A stretch of 64,000 nucleotides of DNA from Candidatus Bathyarchaeota archaeon (GCA_963771885.1 CAVYVF010000023.1:328668-392667); one strand, 5' to 3'; shown: positions 1 through 9,886, counted from the first letter of the stretch. Notes: generated by a model not told the origin, from the letters alone. A program made the numbers and translations.

Positions 1-1
1 T

Positions 2-217
2 GAGTGGGCGTTCCTCGCCGTCATAGTGCCCCCCGAGTCGCGTACGATTGCCATCGGCTACATGGAAAGCTTCTGGGACATCGGCAGCAGCGCCGGGAGC
101 CTCCTCGCCGGCGTCGCCATCGGGCTCCTACCCTACCAGACTATCTTCCTGCTTCTCGCAGCGCTTAACCTCCCAGCGATACCCTCCATACTCTTGATGA
201 GGGAGGAGCGGAAATGA
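2..217 (+). CDS. MFS transporter, C-terminal fragment (partial at window edge)
   Basis: Open frame from window start; hydrophobic TM-like sequence resembling the C-terminus of the MFS gene at 825..1382; no start codon inside the window. Confidence 0.45.
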   Translation, partial: EWAFLAVIVPPESRTIAIGYMESFWDIGSSAGSLLAGVAIGLLPYQTIFLLLAALNLPAIPSILLMREERK

Positions 218-289
218 GAGTCAACAGCTTGCTCAGGCACTCGGGCGATCCTCTTCGGCGGCTTCCTAGCCCTCACCGTCCTCGCCATC

Positions 290-1382
290 ATGAACTCCGC
301 CTACAGCTACGTTTTAGGTTCCATCAAGGATGAGATGGCGCTAAGCTACACTGAGAGCGGGGCGCTTATGTCGGCGTACTTCAGTGGGTACACTGTAGGG
401 CAGATCCCGTGGGGGCTCCTCGCAGATCGCTTTGGGAGCAAGCGTATTATGTCGGTGAGCGTTCTCGGCGTCTCCGCGGCGACGGTTCTCTTCGGCTTCG
501 GAGACGACTTCCTCGGGCTGGCTGCGGCACGCTTCGCGGCGGGGCTTCTCGGGGCAGGCGTCTTCGTCCCGGCGGTTAGGCTTATCGCAGGGTGGTACGA
601 GGCGCGTGAGAGGGGAACGGCGCTGGGCATTCTGAACATCGGCGGCAGCATCGGGCTAATAATTGTCACCTGGTCGTCGCCTCTACTCGCCCTCGCCTAC
701 GGGTGGAGGTTCTCAATAATAGTACAGGGCGCCGTAGGCGTGGCGGCGTCAGTGCCTAGTCTGGCTCAGCCTCAAGGACGGGACTCGGAGCGGCAAGGTC
801 TCAGGCGGCGCCGTCGTCTCAGCGATGAAACGCGGTAGCTTCTGGGTGCTCGCCCTGTCCCAGTTCATACGCTTAGGTAGCTACTATACGTTCCTCGCCT
901 GGCTCCCCCTTCTGCTCAAAGAAGACTACGGGTTAGATATGGTGCTCGTCGGCACCGCGATGAGCCTCTTCAACTTCGCTGGTATGGTGTCGAATCCCGC
1001 CGGTGGGATTCTCGCGGACTTCATCGGGGAGAAGAAGGTCCTCGCTGCCAGCTTCGTTCTTCTGTCTATGAACGTCTACGCCCTCACGGTGCTGCCGGAT
1101 GGAACATGGATACTTGTAGCCTCCTTCCTGCTTGGGTGGCTGATCAACTTCGTCAGGAGCCCGGCTTTCACGATAATCCCGCGCTTATTTGGGGCTGAGA
1201 CTGCGGGGAGCCTCTCAGGTTTCCACAACACTTTCGCGAGTCTCGGGGCACTTACATTGCCACTTGTTCTCGGGATAGTCAGAGATGCTACAGCGAGCTA
1301 TGACATAGGCTGGTTTGCGCTGAGCACTCTTATGCTCGTCGGCACAGGCCTGATAGCCGTCATTCGGGTTCCGGATAGCTGA
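290..1382 (+). pseudogene. MFS family transporter interrupted by a single-nt frameshift near 752-758
   Basis: ORF 290..838 (12-TM-like N half) and ORF 825..1382 (C half) are adjacent in different frames. Read by eye, frame 0 continues as ...LVWLSLKDGTRSGKVSGGAVVSAMKRGSFWV from about 756; removing one C at 754-756 joins the two halves into one typical MFS protein. Confidence 0.6.
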
Positions 1383-1426
1383 CAAAACTATACCCTTTTA
1401 AGCTGATTTTTCAACTCCACCATGAA

Positions 1427-1960
1427 GTGAACCGTATGCCGTACTGCCCTAAGTGTGGTAAGGAAGTCAAAGAGGACGCTGTCTTCTGCCCCTACTGCGG
1501 TGAAACCATGAAAGCTGGGGAGCGCGTGGTTTACGCGCGTGCCCGTGACGAGAAGGATGAGAGAGGCGAGAAGGGGGAGAAGAACGAGAAGAATGAAAAG
1601 TCTGAGAAGAACGAAGGCGCCGGCGGCATGTGGAGCGGCGTCATGGGCGGCCTCATACTGCTCTGGCTGGGCGTGACCTTCCTGCTCCGCCAGTACAACT
1701 ACATCGCATCAAACGATTGGTGGAACATATTCCTCATTGGTCTGGGAGCTATCATAATCCTCCGCGGCCTCGCCCTGTACATGCAGCTTAACAACTGGCG
1801 CGCAGCAAGCGGCTTCATAATCGGCGGAGGCATAGTTGCGCTGATAGGCGCGGCGACATTCGTCGGCCTCAGGGACTGGTGGGCTGTGCTACTCGTCCTC
1901 GCTGGCCTATGGATAATCCTCAACGCCTACATGAACAGGAATAAGCACCCGCGCCCCTAA
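1427..1960 (+). CDS. zinc-ribbon (CPxCG x2) membrane protein with Lys/Glu-rich linker and 4 TM helices
   Basis: N-terminal CPKCG...CPYCG motif, an EKGEKNEKNEKSEKNE low-complexity linker, then hydrophobic helices. Confidence 0.5.
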   Translation: MNRMPYCPKCGKEVKEDAVFCPYCGETMKAGERVVYARARDEKDERGEKGEKNEKNEKSEKNEGAGGMWSGVMGGLILLWLGVTFLLRQYNYIASNDWWNIFLIGLGAIIILRGLALYMQLNNWRAASGFIIGGGIVALIGAATFVGLRDWWAVLLVLAGLWIILNAYMNRNKHPRP

Positions 1961-3102
1961 ACCGCCCAGCCGACAAACAATTTCCATAATAGATGTTCTA
2001 GGACCACCTCGGGCTTGTCTCGCCCGAATATCCTGAAGTGGTTCTTCCCCATCGCCTCGACAAGGTCTCCGATGCGGTATCGGGGCAGCATGACGGTGGA
2101 GATTATTATCCGCCCCCATTCCCCCCGCTTCATCTCATGGAGCATCTTCAGGCCCGAGGCCGTCTCGACCTCGAAGAGGTAAACATCGTAGTTGGGTGAG
2201 ACGTAGGGGAGTTCGTTCCTCTGCTGGGCGAAGGCGCCCTCGGTCGCGCTGTATAGCTCCACCACAGGGACGTCGCCGTAGAGGGCTCGCAGCCGCGGCG
2301 CGTACTCCTGCTGTATCTTCGCCACACTCGTGCTGTAGATGACCTTGAGCTTCCAGATGTCCTTGGGTGCGACGCCGTGCTTCTTTTTGACGTATCTCGC
2401 GAAGCCCATCTCGACGGGTGCGACGCCTATTATGCTGGTGACCTCTTTCTCTTTCGCTTTCTGGTAGATGAACTCGTAGCGCTTTTCCCATCCCTCTGAG
2501 GTGAGGTCGGTCTTGAGGGCGTCTATCTCCTCCTGCCGTGGCACCAATGCGAGCCCCATCATCATCGGGTTGAGCTTCGCGTATGTCCCCGAACTGAAGC
2601 CGTAGACCACCTCCTTACTCCCCTGGGTGAGGACTCGCATGTTGCTGGGAAACTGCAGGTTCAAAACACCGCCAGCAAGCAGGTCTAGCCCACCATTGTT
2701 CATCGAAAAGTTGAGAACCGCCCTGGAGCCGCACCTGATGAGATCTTGTAAGTGCTTCGGTGTAACTGGGATGACCTTTGATTCCCCGGTGGAGCCGCGG
2801 GTCATAACCCACGTTATAGGCTCCTCGTCGAGGAAGACGAGGTGCCCCTCGCTGCGCACCCTTTCAAACCACGGCTCTAGATCTCGATACCTGACGGCGG
2901 GGAACCTCTCCCTGTACTCGGCGATGGATGAGATGCCCTCGACGCCGTATGTCCGTCCGTACTCCGTCTTTGCGTAGCCATCTAGCAGTTTGCGCAGAAC
3001 CTTGTCCTGCGCTGCGGCGGGGTCGGCGAGCCCCTGCTCCCATGCGGCGAGGTTCCTTGTGATCCGTCCTATAGGGTCCTCGAACAAATTCTGACGAGCC
3101 AA
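1957..3102 (-). CDS. GH3-like / adenylate-forming enzyme family protein
   Basis: 381 aa; TRGSTGESKVIPVT motif resembles the GH3 acyl-adenylate SSGTSxGxxK P-loop-like motif. Confidence 0.4.
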   Translation of the reverse strand: MARQNLFEDPIGRITRNLAAWEQGLADPAAAQDKVLRKLLDGYAKTEYGRTYGVEGISSIAEYRERFPAVRYRDLEPWFERVRSEGHLVFLDEEPITWVMTRGSTGESKVIPVTPKHLQDLIRCGSRAVLNFSMNNGGLDLLAGGVLNLQFPSNMRVLTQGSKEVVYGFSSGTYAKLNPMMMGLALVPRQEEIDALKTDLTSEGWEKRYEFIYQKAKEKEVTSIIGVAPVEMGFARYVKKKHGVAPKDIWKLKVIYSTSVAKIQQEYAPRLRALYGDVPVVELYSATEGAFAQQRNELPYVSPNYDVYLFEVETASGLKMLHEMKRGEWGRIIISTVMLPRYRIGDLVEAMGKNHFRIFGRDKPEVVLEHLLWKLFVGWAV

Positions 3103-3551
3103 TATTGCGAACTCATCGTTATAGAGATTCGCCCACGCTCAACCCGCGCCGCACACGCTAAAAGAGGGAGGAGTACACAAAATAACTAGAAAAAGATCCC
3201 GTTGGTTGAAAGAAGCTAAACAAATAAGCTTGTTAGAGATCGAAAGTGTACATTTTACACAATGACGCTAAACTATACAAAAAGTGCACTCAAAACGACG
3301 TTTTCGGACACGCTGCCCTACATCGCTGCGAAATAACCCGTTTTCCATATGAACTACAAGCACACCGGTTATAAAAACGGGGTCATCCCAATCGGCAAAA
3401 AAACACGCCGTTCCCTTAGAGGGTTCCGGAAACACCACCAATCTCAACAAAAGAAGCATATACACCCTACAAATCCCCGCAGAGAATCACCCGCACATTC
3501 GACCCAAAATAAAGGCTCCACTTTTTATTCGGAGACCCACCCGATACCCCA

Positions 3552-4304
3552 GTGAAACCCATGAAGAAACAAGTCATCCTCACAGTAGCCGAGTCGAAGA
3601 GGCTAATCGCAAAGGGAGTCGCCGCCCTACCCGAGGTACAAGGCGCAATGCAAGAGGGATACGTCGTAGTCGCCACGGGTACAACTAACGCCTACATCCT
3701 CCAGGAGCTAAAGGGCGAGAAGTTCGACCTACGCAGATACCGTAGCGGAATCACAACCCCACAGGTACCCGAGAAACAGCCAGAGAAACAGGGCGAGCCC
3801 ATCCCCGACGTCGTCTTCCGAAAAGGCGAGGTCGCCAAGGAGCTCGACCGCTACAACGCCGTCAAGGTAATGGGCAAGAACGACGTCTACATCAAAGGCG
3901 CCAACGCCCTCGACTACGTCGGGCAGATGGCAGGGGTCCTCATCGCAGGCGAATCCGGCGGCACAGTCGGCGCCGTCCTAGGCACAATAATCGGCAAGAA
4001 GATCACACTCCTTATCCCCATCGGGCTCGAAAAGCTCGTCTACGAGGACATGAACGAGCTACACATGCTAACCATGGACCCCGACAGCGAGGGACCAGCC
4101 ATCTGGCCCATAACCGGCCTCATCTTCACCGAGATCGAGGCACTCGAGGTCCTCTGCGGTGTACAGGCTACCCTCATCTCAGCCGGCGGAGTCGCCGGAG
4201 CCGAGGGGAGCGTCCGCCTCCTCATTGAGGGCATCGACGAGGACGTGGAGGCCGCCGCTGAGCTCGTCAAGGGCATCAAGGGCGAGCCCCGCTACCTACT
4301 CTAA
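3552..4304 (+). CDS. conserved hypothetical protein (Gly-rich G-x-G-G segments), function unknown
   Basis: 250 aa ORF with protein-like composition; motifs VVVATGTTNAY and AGESGGTVGAVLG; no family recognised. Confidence 0.4.
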   Translation: MKPMKKQVILTVAESKRLIAKGVAALPEVQGAMQEGYVVVATGTTNAYILQELKGEKFDLRRYRSGITTPQVPEKQPEKQGEPIPDVVFRKGEVAKELDRYNAVKVMGKNDVYIKGANALDYVGQMAGVLIAGESGGTVGAVLGTIIGKKITLLIPIGLEKLVYEDMNELHMLTMDPDSEGPAIWPITGLIFTEIEALEVLCGVQATLISAGGVAGAEGSVRLLIEGIDEDVEAAAELVKGIKGEPRYLL

Positions 4305-4307
4305 ACG

Positions 4308-5171
4308 GTGCTCACGGTGCTCAGAGACGAGACCTTAAACCGCCTTGCGAAGCACAGACTAACCGCCGAGGCTACACTCGACGAGCAGCAGCTCATCGAC
4401 GCTGGGGTAATAACTGCCCTCATCGACGCTTCTGGTCTCAAAGCGGAGGATACCGCACTGGAGATCGGACCAGGCGCGGGCAACATCACCGTCGAGCTGG
4501 CGAAGAGGAGTAAAAAAGTCTACACAGTTGAGAAGAACCCAAAGTTCCTCCCACTCCTCAAGGAGAGGCTAGAGGGGAGCAACGTTGAGGTCATACTCGG
4601 CGACGCCCTCACAATCTACCTCCCACAGTTTGACGTCCTCGTCTCAAACCTACCCTATGCAATAATCGAGGCAGTCATGCAAAGGCTAAAGTATCTACAT
4701 TTCCGAGCCGCATCCCTTCTAGTTCCGATCTCACTCGCCAATATTCTCACCGCGAGACACGGCGAGCTACAATACAGCAAGCTAACCCTCGAAGCTAACC
4801 TCTTCTTCCACGTCTCTCTAGTGAAGGTGGTCAAGCAGTCCGCTTACCACCCTGAGCCGAAAACGGAGACCGCCATAATCAACCTGAAGCCTAGGAAGGC
4901 AACCGAAAAAGGCGAAGCCGTCATCTGGCACCTCCTCAAGCAGAGGGACAAGAAAGTAACTAACGCGCTGCGGGAAGCTCTCATCTCCATAGAGGGGTAT
5001 CCCCAAACGAAGAATGCGGCTAAGGAAGCGATCACAATGCTCCAATTGAACAATCAACTACTCGAGAAACGTGTCTACTCCCTCAGCCTCGCAGACGTCG
5101 AGTTGATACGCAGCCGTTTAGACGAGGACGCCGCTAAACACCCGCCAGGCGAGCACCGATATAGCGGGTAG
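4308..5171 (+). CDS. ksgA: 16S rRNA (adenine1518/1519-N6)-dimethyltransferase KsgA/Dim1
   Basis: GTG start; SAM motif LEIGPGAGNIT and NLPY catalytic motif. Confidence 0.75.
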   Translation: MLTVLRDETLNRLAKHRLTAEATLDEQQLIDAGVITALIDASGLKAEDTALEIGPGAGNITVELAKRSKKVYTVEKNPKFLPLLKERLEGSNVEVILGDALTIYLPQFDVLVSNLPYAIIEAVMQRLKYLHFRAASLLVPISLANILTARHGELQYSKLTLEANLFFHVSLVKVVKQSAYHPEPKTETAIINLKPRKATEKGEAVIWHLLKQRDKKVTNALREALISIEGYPQTKNAAKEAITMLQLNNQLLEKRVYSLSLADVELIRSRLDEDAAKHPPGEHRYSG

Positions 5172-5347
5172 ACAGAGCGCACCCAAAACTAGGGCAAGCT
5201 TTGCGATACTCTTCACCGGCATATTCTTCACACATAACAGCCCCGCAGCCACAGTCTTAATCCTAGGGAACCGAACAACCGTTCTAAAACCCCGAACGCT
5301 ATGGCGAAATTGAAATAGTACAGATGCGAAGTGCCTATTGAGAGACC

Positions 5348-5593
5348 TTGAAGGCATACGTACTCTTGAATACTGAGCTAGGGAAGGAACCCGAGGTCAT
5401 CAAGGCGATGAAGGGCGCTAAGGAGGTCAAAAACATATACAGCCTCTACGGCATCTACGACGTAATCGTCGAGGTCGAGGCCGAGACGATGGAGAAAGTG
5501 AAGGAGGTCGTCTTCAACCGCATAAGGCGGCTTGACAACGTGAAGAGCACCATCACCCTGATCACTTACGGCGAACCTGTAACTAACCCGTAG
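5348..5593 (+). CDS. stand-alone Lrp/AsnC-type RAM (ligand-binding) domain protein
   Basis: 81 aa; YVLLNTELGKEPEV...GIYDVIVEVEAE pattern typical of AsnC C-terminal / RAM domains. Confidence 0.5.
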   Translation: MKAYVLLNTELGKEPEVIKAMKGAKEVKNIYSLYGIYDVIVEVEAETMEKVKEVVFNRIRRLDNVKSTITLITYGEPVTNP

Positions 5594-5705
5594 ATGTCTA
5601 CATCTAGACCGCCGACCTCCACACGTTTCTTAGACGACCGACAATACACGCCCGCGAGCCCTCTATAGAGACAATACTCGCAATAAGATACGGTTTTATC
5701 TCTGT

Positions 5706-6812
5706 TTGAGAGTCTCCATCGCGGTAAAGAACATGAGCAACGGTGGAGCAATAGGCTTCGGCGGATTCCTCCTCGGACTTGGGGCCGGATACCTTGTGTT
5801 CAGGGAGCTCAACCTCGCGGTGAATAGCCTCGCGTGGATACTGATGATAATCGGGGCGACCATCATACTCTCAGCCTTGATACGCTATGCAAGTCCAAAC
5901 CTCGGGATACACAGGATAGTCGGCGGACTCGCCGGCGGACTCGTCTTTGCCCTATTCCTCACCCAGGGATTCAACTTCTTCTCAGGAATATTCAACACAG
6001 GCAACACCCTCCTACCCTACTCGACGACAGAGGTAAAGACCTATACGGGACCCAGCCCAAGCGACTCCATCTACCTCCGCCTCGGCTCGATAAACGGGCA
6101 GATCATGCTCAGCACATGGGACAAGCCCGAGTACAGCATCGAGGCGACAATCATCGCCCGCGGCGCCACCCAGTCTGAGGCAGATAGCAACCTCGCCGCC
6201 CTTAACAAGGAGCTCACAACGGAGGAGACTACCGCCCAGCAGAAGCTCACACTCCTCTACACATCCAACCTCCTCAACAACCCTCACCAGATCAACGTTG
6301 TAGTCACGCTCCCCGCATCAGCTACCCTCGATCTCGACCTCACGAGCAGCAACGGCGACATCACTCTCACAGATGTAGACGGAGGTTCCGTTGTCGTCCA
6401 CACGAGCAACGCAGCGCTACAGCTCGACAACGTGCGCGCTGACACCATCCGCGCATCGACATCCAACGGTGCTATAACGGGCACAGTCGACGCCTCAAAC
6501 TGCATACTCGACACCAGCAACGCACGCATCAACATACAGGTCCTTTCTACCACCAGCGGGTCATACACACTTGACACGAGCAACGGCGCGGTGAATCTCA
6601 CAGTCGGCTCATCAGCCTCCTACAGGCTCAATGCCGAGACAAGTAACGCCGACGTCACTTTCACCCTCCCCAACTTGACATACACACGCGACACCAGAAC
6701 ATCCAAGGTAGCCCAGACAGTCGGCTACGACACTGCGGACACTAAGATAACCGTGAACATCCAAACCAGCAACAGCGACGTAACAGTGAACAGGAACGTC
6801 GCTGGCATCTAG
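5706..6812 (+). CDS. DUF4097-like putative adhesin / beta-helix repeat membrane protein
   Basis: N-terminal TM helices, then at least 7 periodic repeats of TSNG(D/A)(I/V)TL-type beta-strand units (TSSNGDITLTDV, STSNGAITGTV, DTSNGAVNLTV, ETSNADVTFTL, QTSNSDVTVN). Confidence 0.55.
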   Translation: MRVSIAVKNMSNGGAIGFGGFLLGLGAGYLVFRELNLAVNSLAWILMIIGATIILSALIRYASPNLGIHRIVGGLAGGLVFALFLTQGFNFFSGIFNTGNTLLPYSTTEVKTYTGPSPSDSIYLRLGSINGQIMLSTWDKPEYSIEATIIARGATQSEADSNLAALNKELTTEETTAQQKLTLLYTSNLLNNPHQINVVVTLPASATLDLDLTSSNGDITLTDVDGGSVVVHTSNAALQLDNVRADTIRASTSNGAITGTVDASNCILDTSNARINIQVLSTTSGSYTLDTSNGAVNLTVGSSASYRLNAETSNADVTFTLPNLTYTRDTRTSKVAQTVGYDTADTKITVNIQTSNSDVTVNRNVAGI

Positions 6813-6946
6813 ACAACGTCACGATAAGTTCCACGCACCGCCTCGATCACGCCCAGAGGAGGCTGATAGCGTAGAGAACAAGTATGGGACAATTTTAGGT
6901 AACGTTTTTATGTTCAACAGTTACAAACTGTCGGGAGATTTCCGCA

Positions 6947-7435
6947 GTGTCAAGGGAATTCAACTATATAGTAAGGCTACACGGGACCAACCTCGACGGT
7001 ACAAAGGCGGTCCCCTATGCCATCTCCGCCATCAAGGGAGTTGGCAGCCGTATGGCTTTATCCTTGACCAAGGCGGTTGGCGTAGATCCGACCCAAAGGT
7101 TGGGGAGCCTCTCCGACGCCGAAGTCAAGCGTCTGGAGGAAGCACTCGACAACCCAGTCAAAGTAGGGCTGCCGACGTGGATGCTCAATCACAGGAAGGA
7201 TCCAATAACAGGCGGTGACCACCACCACCTCGCCTCCGACTTGGACATAAGGACCAAGGACGAACTCGAGCTCATGAGGGAAACCCGGAGCTGGAAGGGA
7301 GAACGCCACGCAAGAGGCATCAAAGTCCGTGGACAACACACAAAGACCACGGCGCGCAAGGGCCGTAGCGTAGGTGTCACCAAGAAGCAGCTGCAGCAGC
7401 CAGGCGGCGCAGCAGCCGCGAAGAAGGAGGAATAA
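6947..7435 (+). CDS. rps13: 30S ribosomal protein S13 (uS13)
   Basis: EFNYIVRLHGTNLDG...GIKGVG archaeal S13 signature; first gene of the S13-S4-S11-rpoD cluster. Confidence 0.85.
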   Translation: MSREFNYIVRLHGTNLDGTKAVPYAISAIKGVGSRMALSLTKAVGVDPTQRLGSLSDAEVKRLEEALDNPVKVGLPTWMLNHRKDPITGGDHHHLASDLDIRTKDELELMRETRSWKGERHARGIKVRGQHTKTTARKGRSVGVTKKQLQQPGGAAAAKKEE

Positions 7436-7439
7436 ACGC

Positions 7440-7991
7440 ATGGGAGACCCAAAGAAGCAGCATAAGACGTACACGACTCCACGCGTTCCCTACGACACCG
7501 AGATGTTCATGGAGGAGCTAAAACTCCTCGGCGCATACGGACTACGCAACAAGCACGAGCTCTGGCGAGTCAGGACACACCTGAGTGACCTCCGCCGCAG
7601 AGCACGCAACCTCCTCGCCCAGACTGCCACCGAGCGCGAAAAGCAGGAGAAGGAGATGATCTCCAAGCTCCACAAGATGGGGCTCGTCCAAGAAAACGGA
7701 ACACTAGACGACATACTCACCCTCAGCATAGAGGATCTCATGGAGCGCAGACTCCAAACCTACATCTTCAGGAAAGGCATGGTAAAGAGCCTATGGCAGG
7801 CACGCCAATTCATCACACACGGACACATCAGCATAAACGGCAATGAAATAAAAGTACCCGGCTACCACGTCCTCATAGACGACGAGAAAACCATCGAGTT
7901 CACAAACGTCAGCCCATTCAACAACAAAGACCACCCCCTCCGCAAGGAGATGTCAGTAAACGAGATCGCAGGAGGAAACAGAGTTGAGTAA
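7440..7991 (+). CDS. rps4: 30S ribosomal protein S4 (uS4)
   Basis: Internal ATG at 7440 gives [19 protein letters not shown]..., the canonical archaeal S4 N-terminus; S4 RNA-binding domain follows. Confidence 0.85.
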   Translation: MGDPKKQHKTYTTPRVPYDTEMFMEELKLLGAYGLRNKHELWRVRTHLSDLRRRARNLLAQTATEREKQEKEMISKLHKMGLVQENGTLDDILTLSIEDLMERRLQTYIFRKGMVKSLWQARQFITHGHISINGNEIKVPGYHVLIDDEKTIEFTNVSPFNNKDHPLRKEMSVNEIAGGNRVE

Positions 7992-8445
7992 CGAAACTGA
8001 AGCCACTCCGAGCCCGAACGCAACTCCAGCGCCGACACCAGTCACGACGCCTCCGCCAGCAGGCGACAAGTGGGCAATAGTCCACGTCTTCAGCAGCTTC
8101 AACAATACTATCATACACATGACAGATCTCACTGGCGCCGAGACCTTCGGCTTCGCAACCGGCGGAATGTTCGTCAAGGCAGATAGGCTCAAACCGAGCC
8201 CCTACGCCGCGATGAAGGCCGCCCAGCAGATAGCCGACTGGGGCCGTGACAAGGGCGTCACAGGCATACACATTAAGGTTCGCGCGCCTGGAGGCAGCGG
8301 GTCCAAGACCCCCGGCCCAGGAGCGCAGGCAGCGATCCGTATCCTCGCCCGAAGCGGCTTCAGGATCGGTCGCATCGAAGAGGTCACCCCCGTCCCCCAC
8401 GATGGCACACGCAAGCCCGGAGGAAGGAGAGGCAGAAGGCCGTAA
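7984..8445 (+). CDS. rps11: 30S ribosomal protein S11 (uS11)
   Basis: TTG start overlapping the S4 end; [23 protein letters not shown]...[14 protein letters not shown]11 signature; Pro/Thr-rich N-terminal extension. Confidence 0.85.
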   Translation: MSNETEATPSPNATPAPTPVTTPPPAGDKWAIVHVFSSFNNTIIHMTDLTGAETFGFATGGMFVKADRLKPSPYAAMKAAQQIADWGRDKGVTGIHIKVRAPGGSGSKTPGPGAQAAIRILARSGFRIGRIEEVTPVPHDGTRKPGGRRGRRP

Positions 8446-8460
8446 GCTGGTGGTGCTGCA

Positions 8461-9405
8461 ATGAAGGTAACAGTGCTAAGCGTAAACGAGGACACCATCC
8501 GCTTCACGGTAGATGGAATAGACAACGCATTCGCTAACGCACTACGCAGAACCATGGTCAGCGAAGTCCCAACAATGTCCATTGAGGACATCTTCTACTA
8601 CGACAACACGAGCGTCGTCCCCGACGAGGTTCTTGCACACAGGATAGGCATGGTCCCCCTCAAGACCGATCTAGAACACTATAGGCTTCCATCTGAGTGC
8701 GACTGCAAGGCCGACCTCGGCTGTCCCAAGTGTCGAGTCACCCTCAGCCTCAGCGTGAAGGCGGAAGACGAGAAGAGGACAGTCTACTCCGGCGATCTGC
8801 AGCCAGTGGACCCCGCCATCACACCCGTCAGCCCCTATATACCTCTGGCGAAGCTGGCCGCGGGCCAGTCGATAAGCCTCGAGGCGTACGCACAGCTCGG
8901 GAAGGGGCGCTTCCACACCAAGTGGAGTCCCGTTGCGATGGCGATCTACCAGAACGTAGCAGAGATAAAGACGGATGCGGCGACCGCCGCAAAGTGCGCG
9001 GAGGAGTCGCCCAAGGGCGTAGTTCTAGCCAAGAAGGACACAATAAAAGTCGTTGACATTCAGGCCTTCAACCGCAGCCCCACATGTGCCAGCCTCCTGA
9101 AGGAGGAAACCCTCAAGAGCCACATGAAGATGGACGAATTCGTCTTCATCGTGGAGTCGACTGGCGCACTCGCACCCGAGAAGATAGTCACAGAGGCTGT
9201 AAAGATCCTCAACGCGAAGCTCGAGGAGCTCAAGCGGAAGGTAGACGCGGGCGAGCTGCACGAGGAGATTGAGGACTTTGAGGCTCCCACAGAGGTGGGC
9301 AGGCGCCTCTACAGCATAGGCTCCGGTGAGTTCGACGAGGAGGAAGAGGGAGAGGAAGGCGGCGGCGCAGCAACAGGAAGTGAACCAACATATGATGAAC
9401 AGTGA
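8461..9405 (+). CDS. rpoD: DNA-directed RNA polymerase subunit D (Rpo3) with ferredoxin-like Cys-rich domain and acidic C-terminal tail
   Basis: RFTVDGIDNAFANALRR N-terminus; CDCKADLGCPKC and AAKCAEESPKG...TCASL cysteine clusters; C-terminal EFDEEEEGEEGGG tail. Confidence 0.85.
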   Translation: MKVTVLSVNEDTIRFTVDGIDNAFANALRRTMVSEVPTMSIEDIFYYDNTSVVPDEVLAHRIGMVPLKTDLEHYRLPSECDCKADLGCPKCRVTLSLSVKAEDEKRTVYSGDLQPVDPAITPVSPYIPLAKLAAGQSISLEAYAQLGKGRFHTKWSPVAMAIYQNVAEIKTDAATAAKCAEESPKGVVLAKKDTIKVVDIQAFNRSPTCASLLKEETLKSHMKMDEFVFIVESTGALAPEKIVTEAVKILNAKLEELKRKVDAGELHEEIEDFEAPTEVGRRLYSIGSGEFDEEEEGEEGGGAATGSEPTYDEQ

Positions 9406-9739
9406 ACTTGAGAAGACTATAAGGGAGTTAAAGACGGCGAAGAAGAAGACGGGTCAGCCCATATGGGGTGCCCTCGCCGAGGAGCTCGACAAGCCGAAGA
9501 GGATCAGGGTAGACGTCAACCTGAGCAGTATAAACAGGCTCACAAAGGAAGGTGAGGTAGCCGCTGTACCCGGCAAAGTCCTCGCAACAGGCAAGCTAGA
9601 GCACCCCGTAACCGTCGCAGCGTTCTCCTTCAGCGACGCAGCCAAGGAGAAGATCGAGGCGGCGGGCGGAGTCGTCAAGTCCCTCACTCAACTGGCCGGT
9701 GAAGGCGTCGAGCCCTCAAAGGTCAAGTTGATCAAGTAA
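9392..9739 (+). CDS. rpl18e: 50S ribosomal protein L18e (eL18)
   Basis: MMNSELEKTIRELKTAKKKTGQPIWGALAEEL...; overlaps the rpoD stop by 14 nt; conserved position after rpoD. Confidence 0.8.
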   Translation: MMNSELEKTIRELKTAKKKTGQPIWGALAEELDKPKRIRVDVNLSSINRLTKEGEVAAVPGKVLATGKLEHPVTVAAFSFSDAAKEKIEAAGGVVKSLTQLAGEGVEPSKVKLIK

Positions 9740-9809
9740 CCTACCCCACTTTTACCGGCCTTCGGGCTGAAACGTTTAAATTTGGACGCTTGCATGAGTG
9801 TTGGCGGTT

Positions 9810-9886
9810 GGGTTCGTAGCTCAGCAAGGTAGAGCGGCGGCCTCTTAAGCCGTTGGCCGAGGGTCCGAATCCCTCCGAACCCGCCA
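9810..9886 (+). tRNA. tRNA-Lys (anticodon CUU), genomically encoded CCA
   Basis: Manual cloverleaf: acceptor GGGTTCG/CGAACCC; D-arm GCTC-AGCAAGGTA-GAGC; anticodon stem GCGGC/GCCGT with loop CTCTTAA (CTT); T-arm GAGGG-TCCGAAT-CCCTC; discriminator G plus CCA. Confidence 0.8.

Noticed and set aside
7058-8591. Minus-strand ORFs (7058..7474, 7918..8400, 8202..8591) overlapping rps13/rps4/rps11
   Set aside because: Antisense to highly conserved ribosomal protein genes; low-complexity translations.
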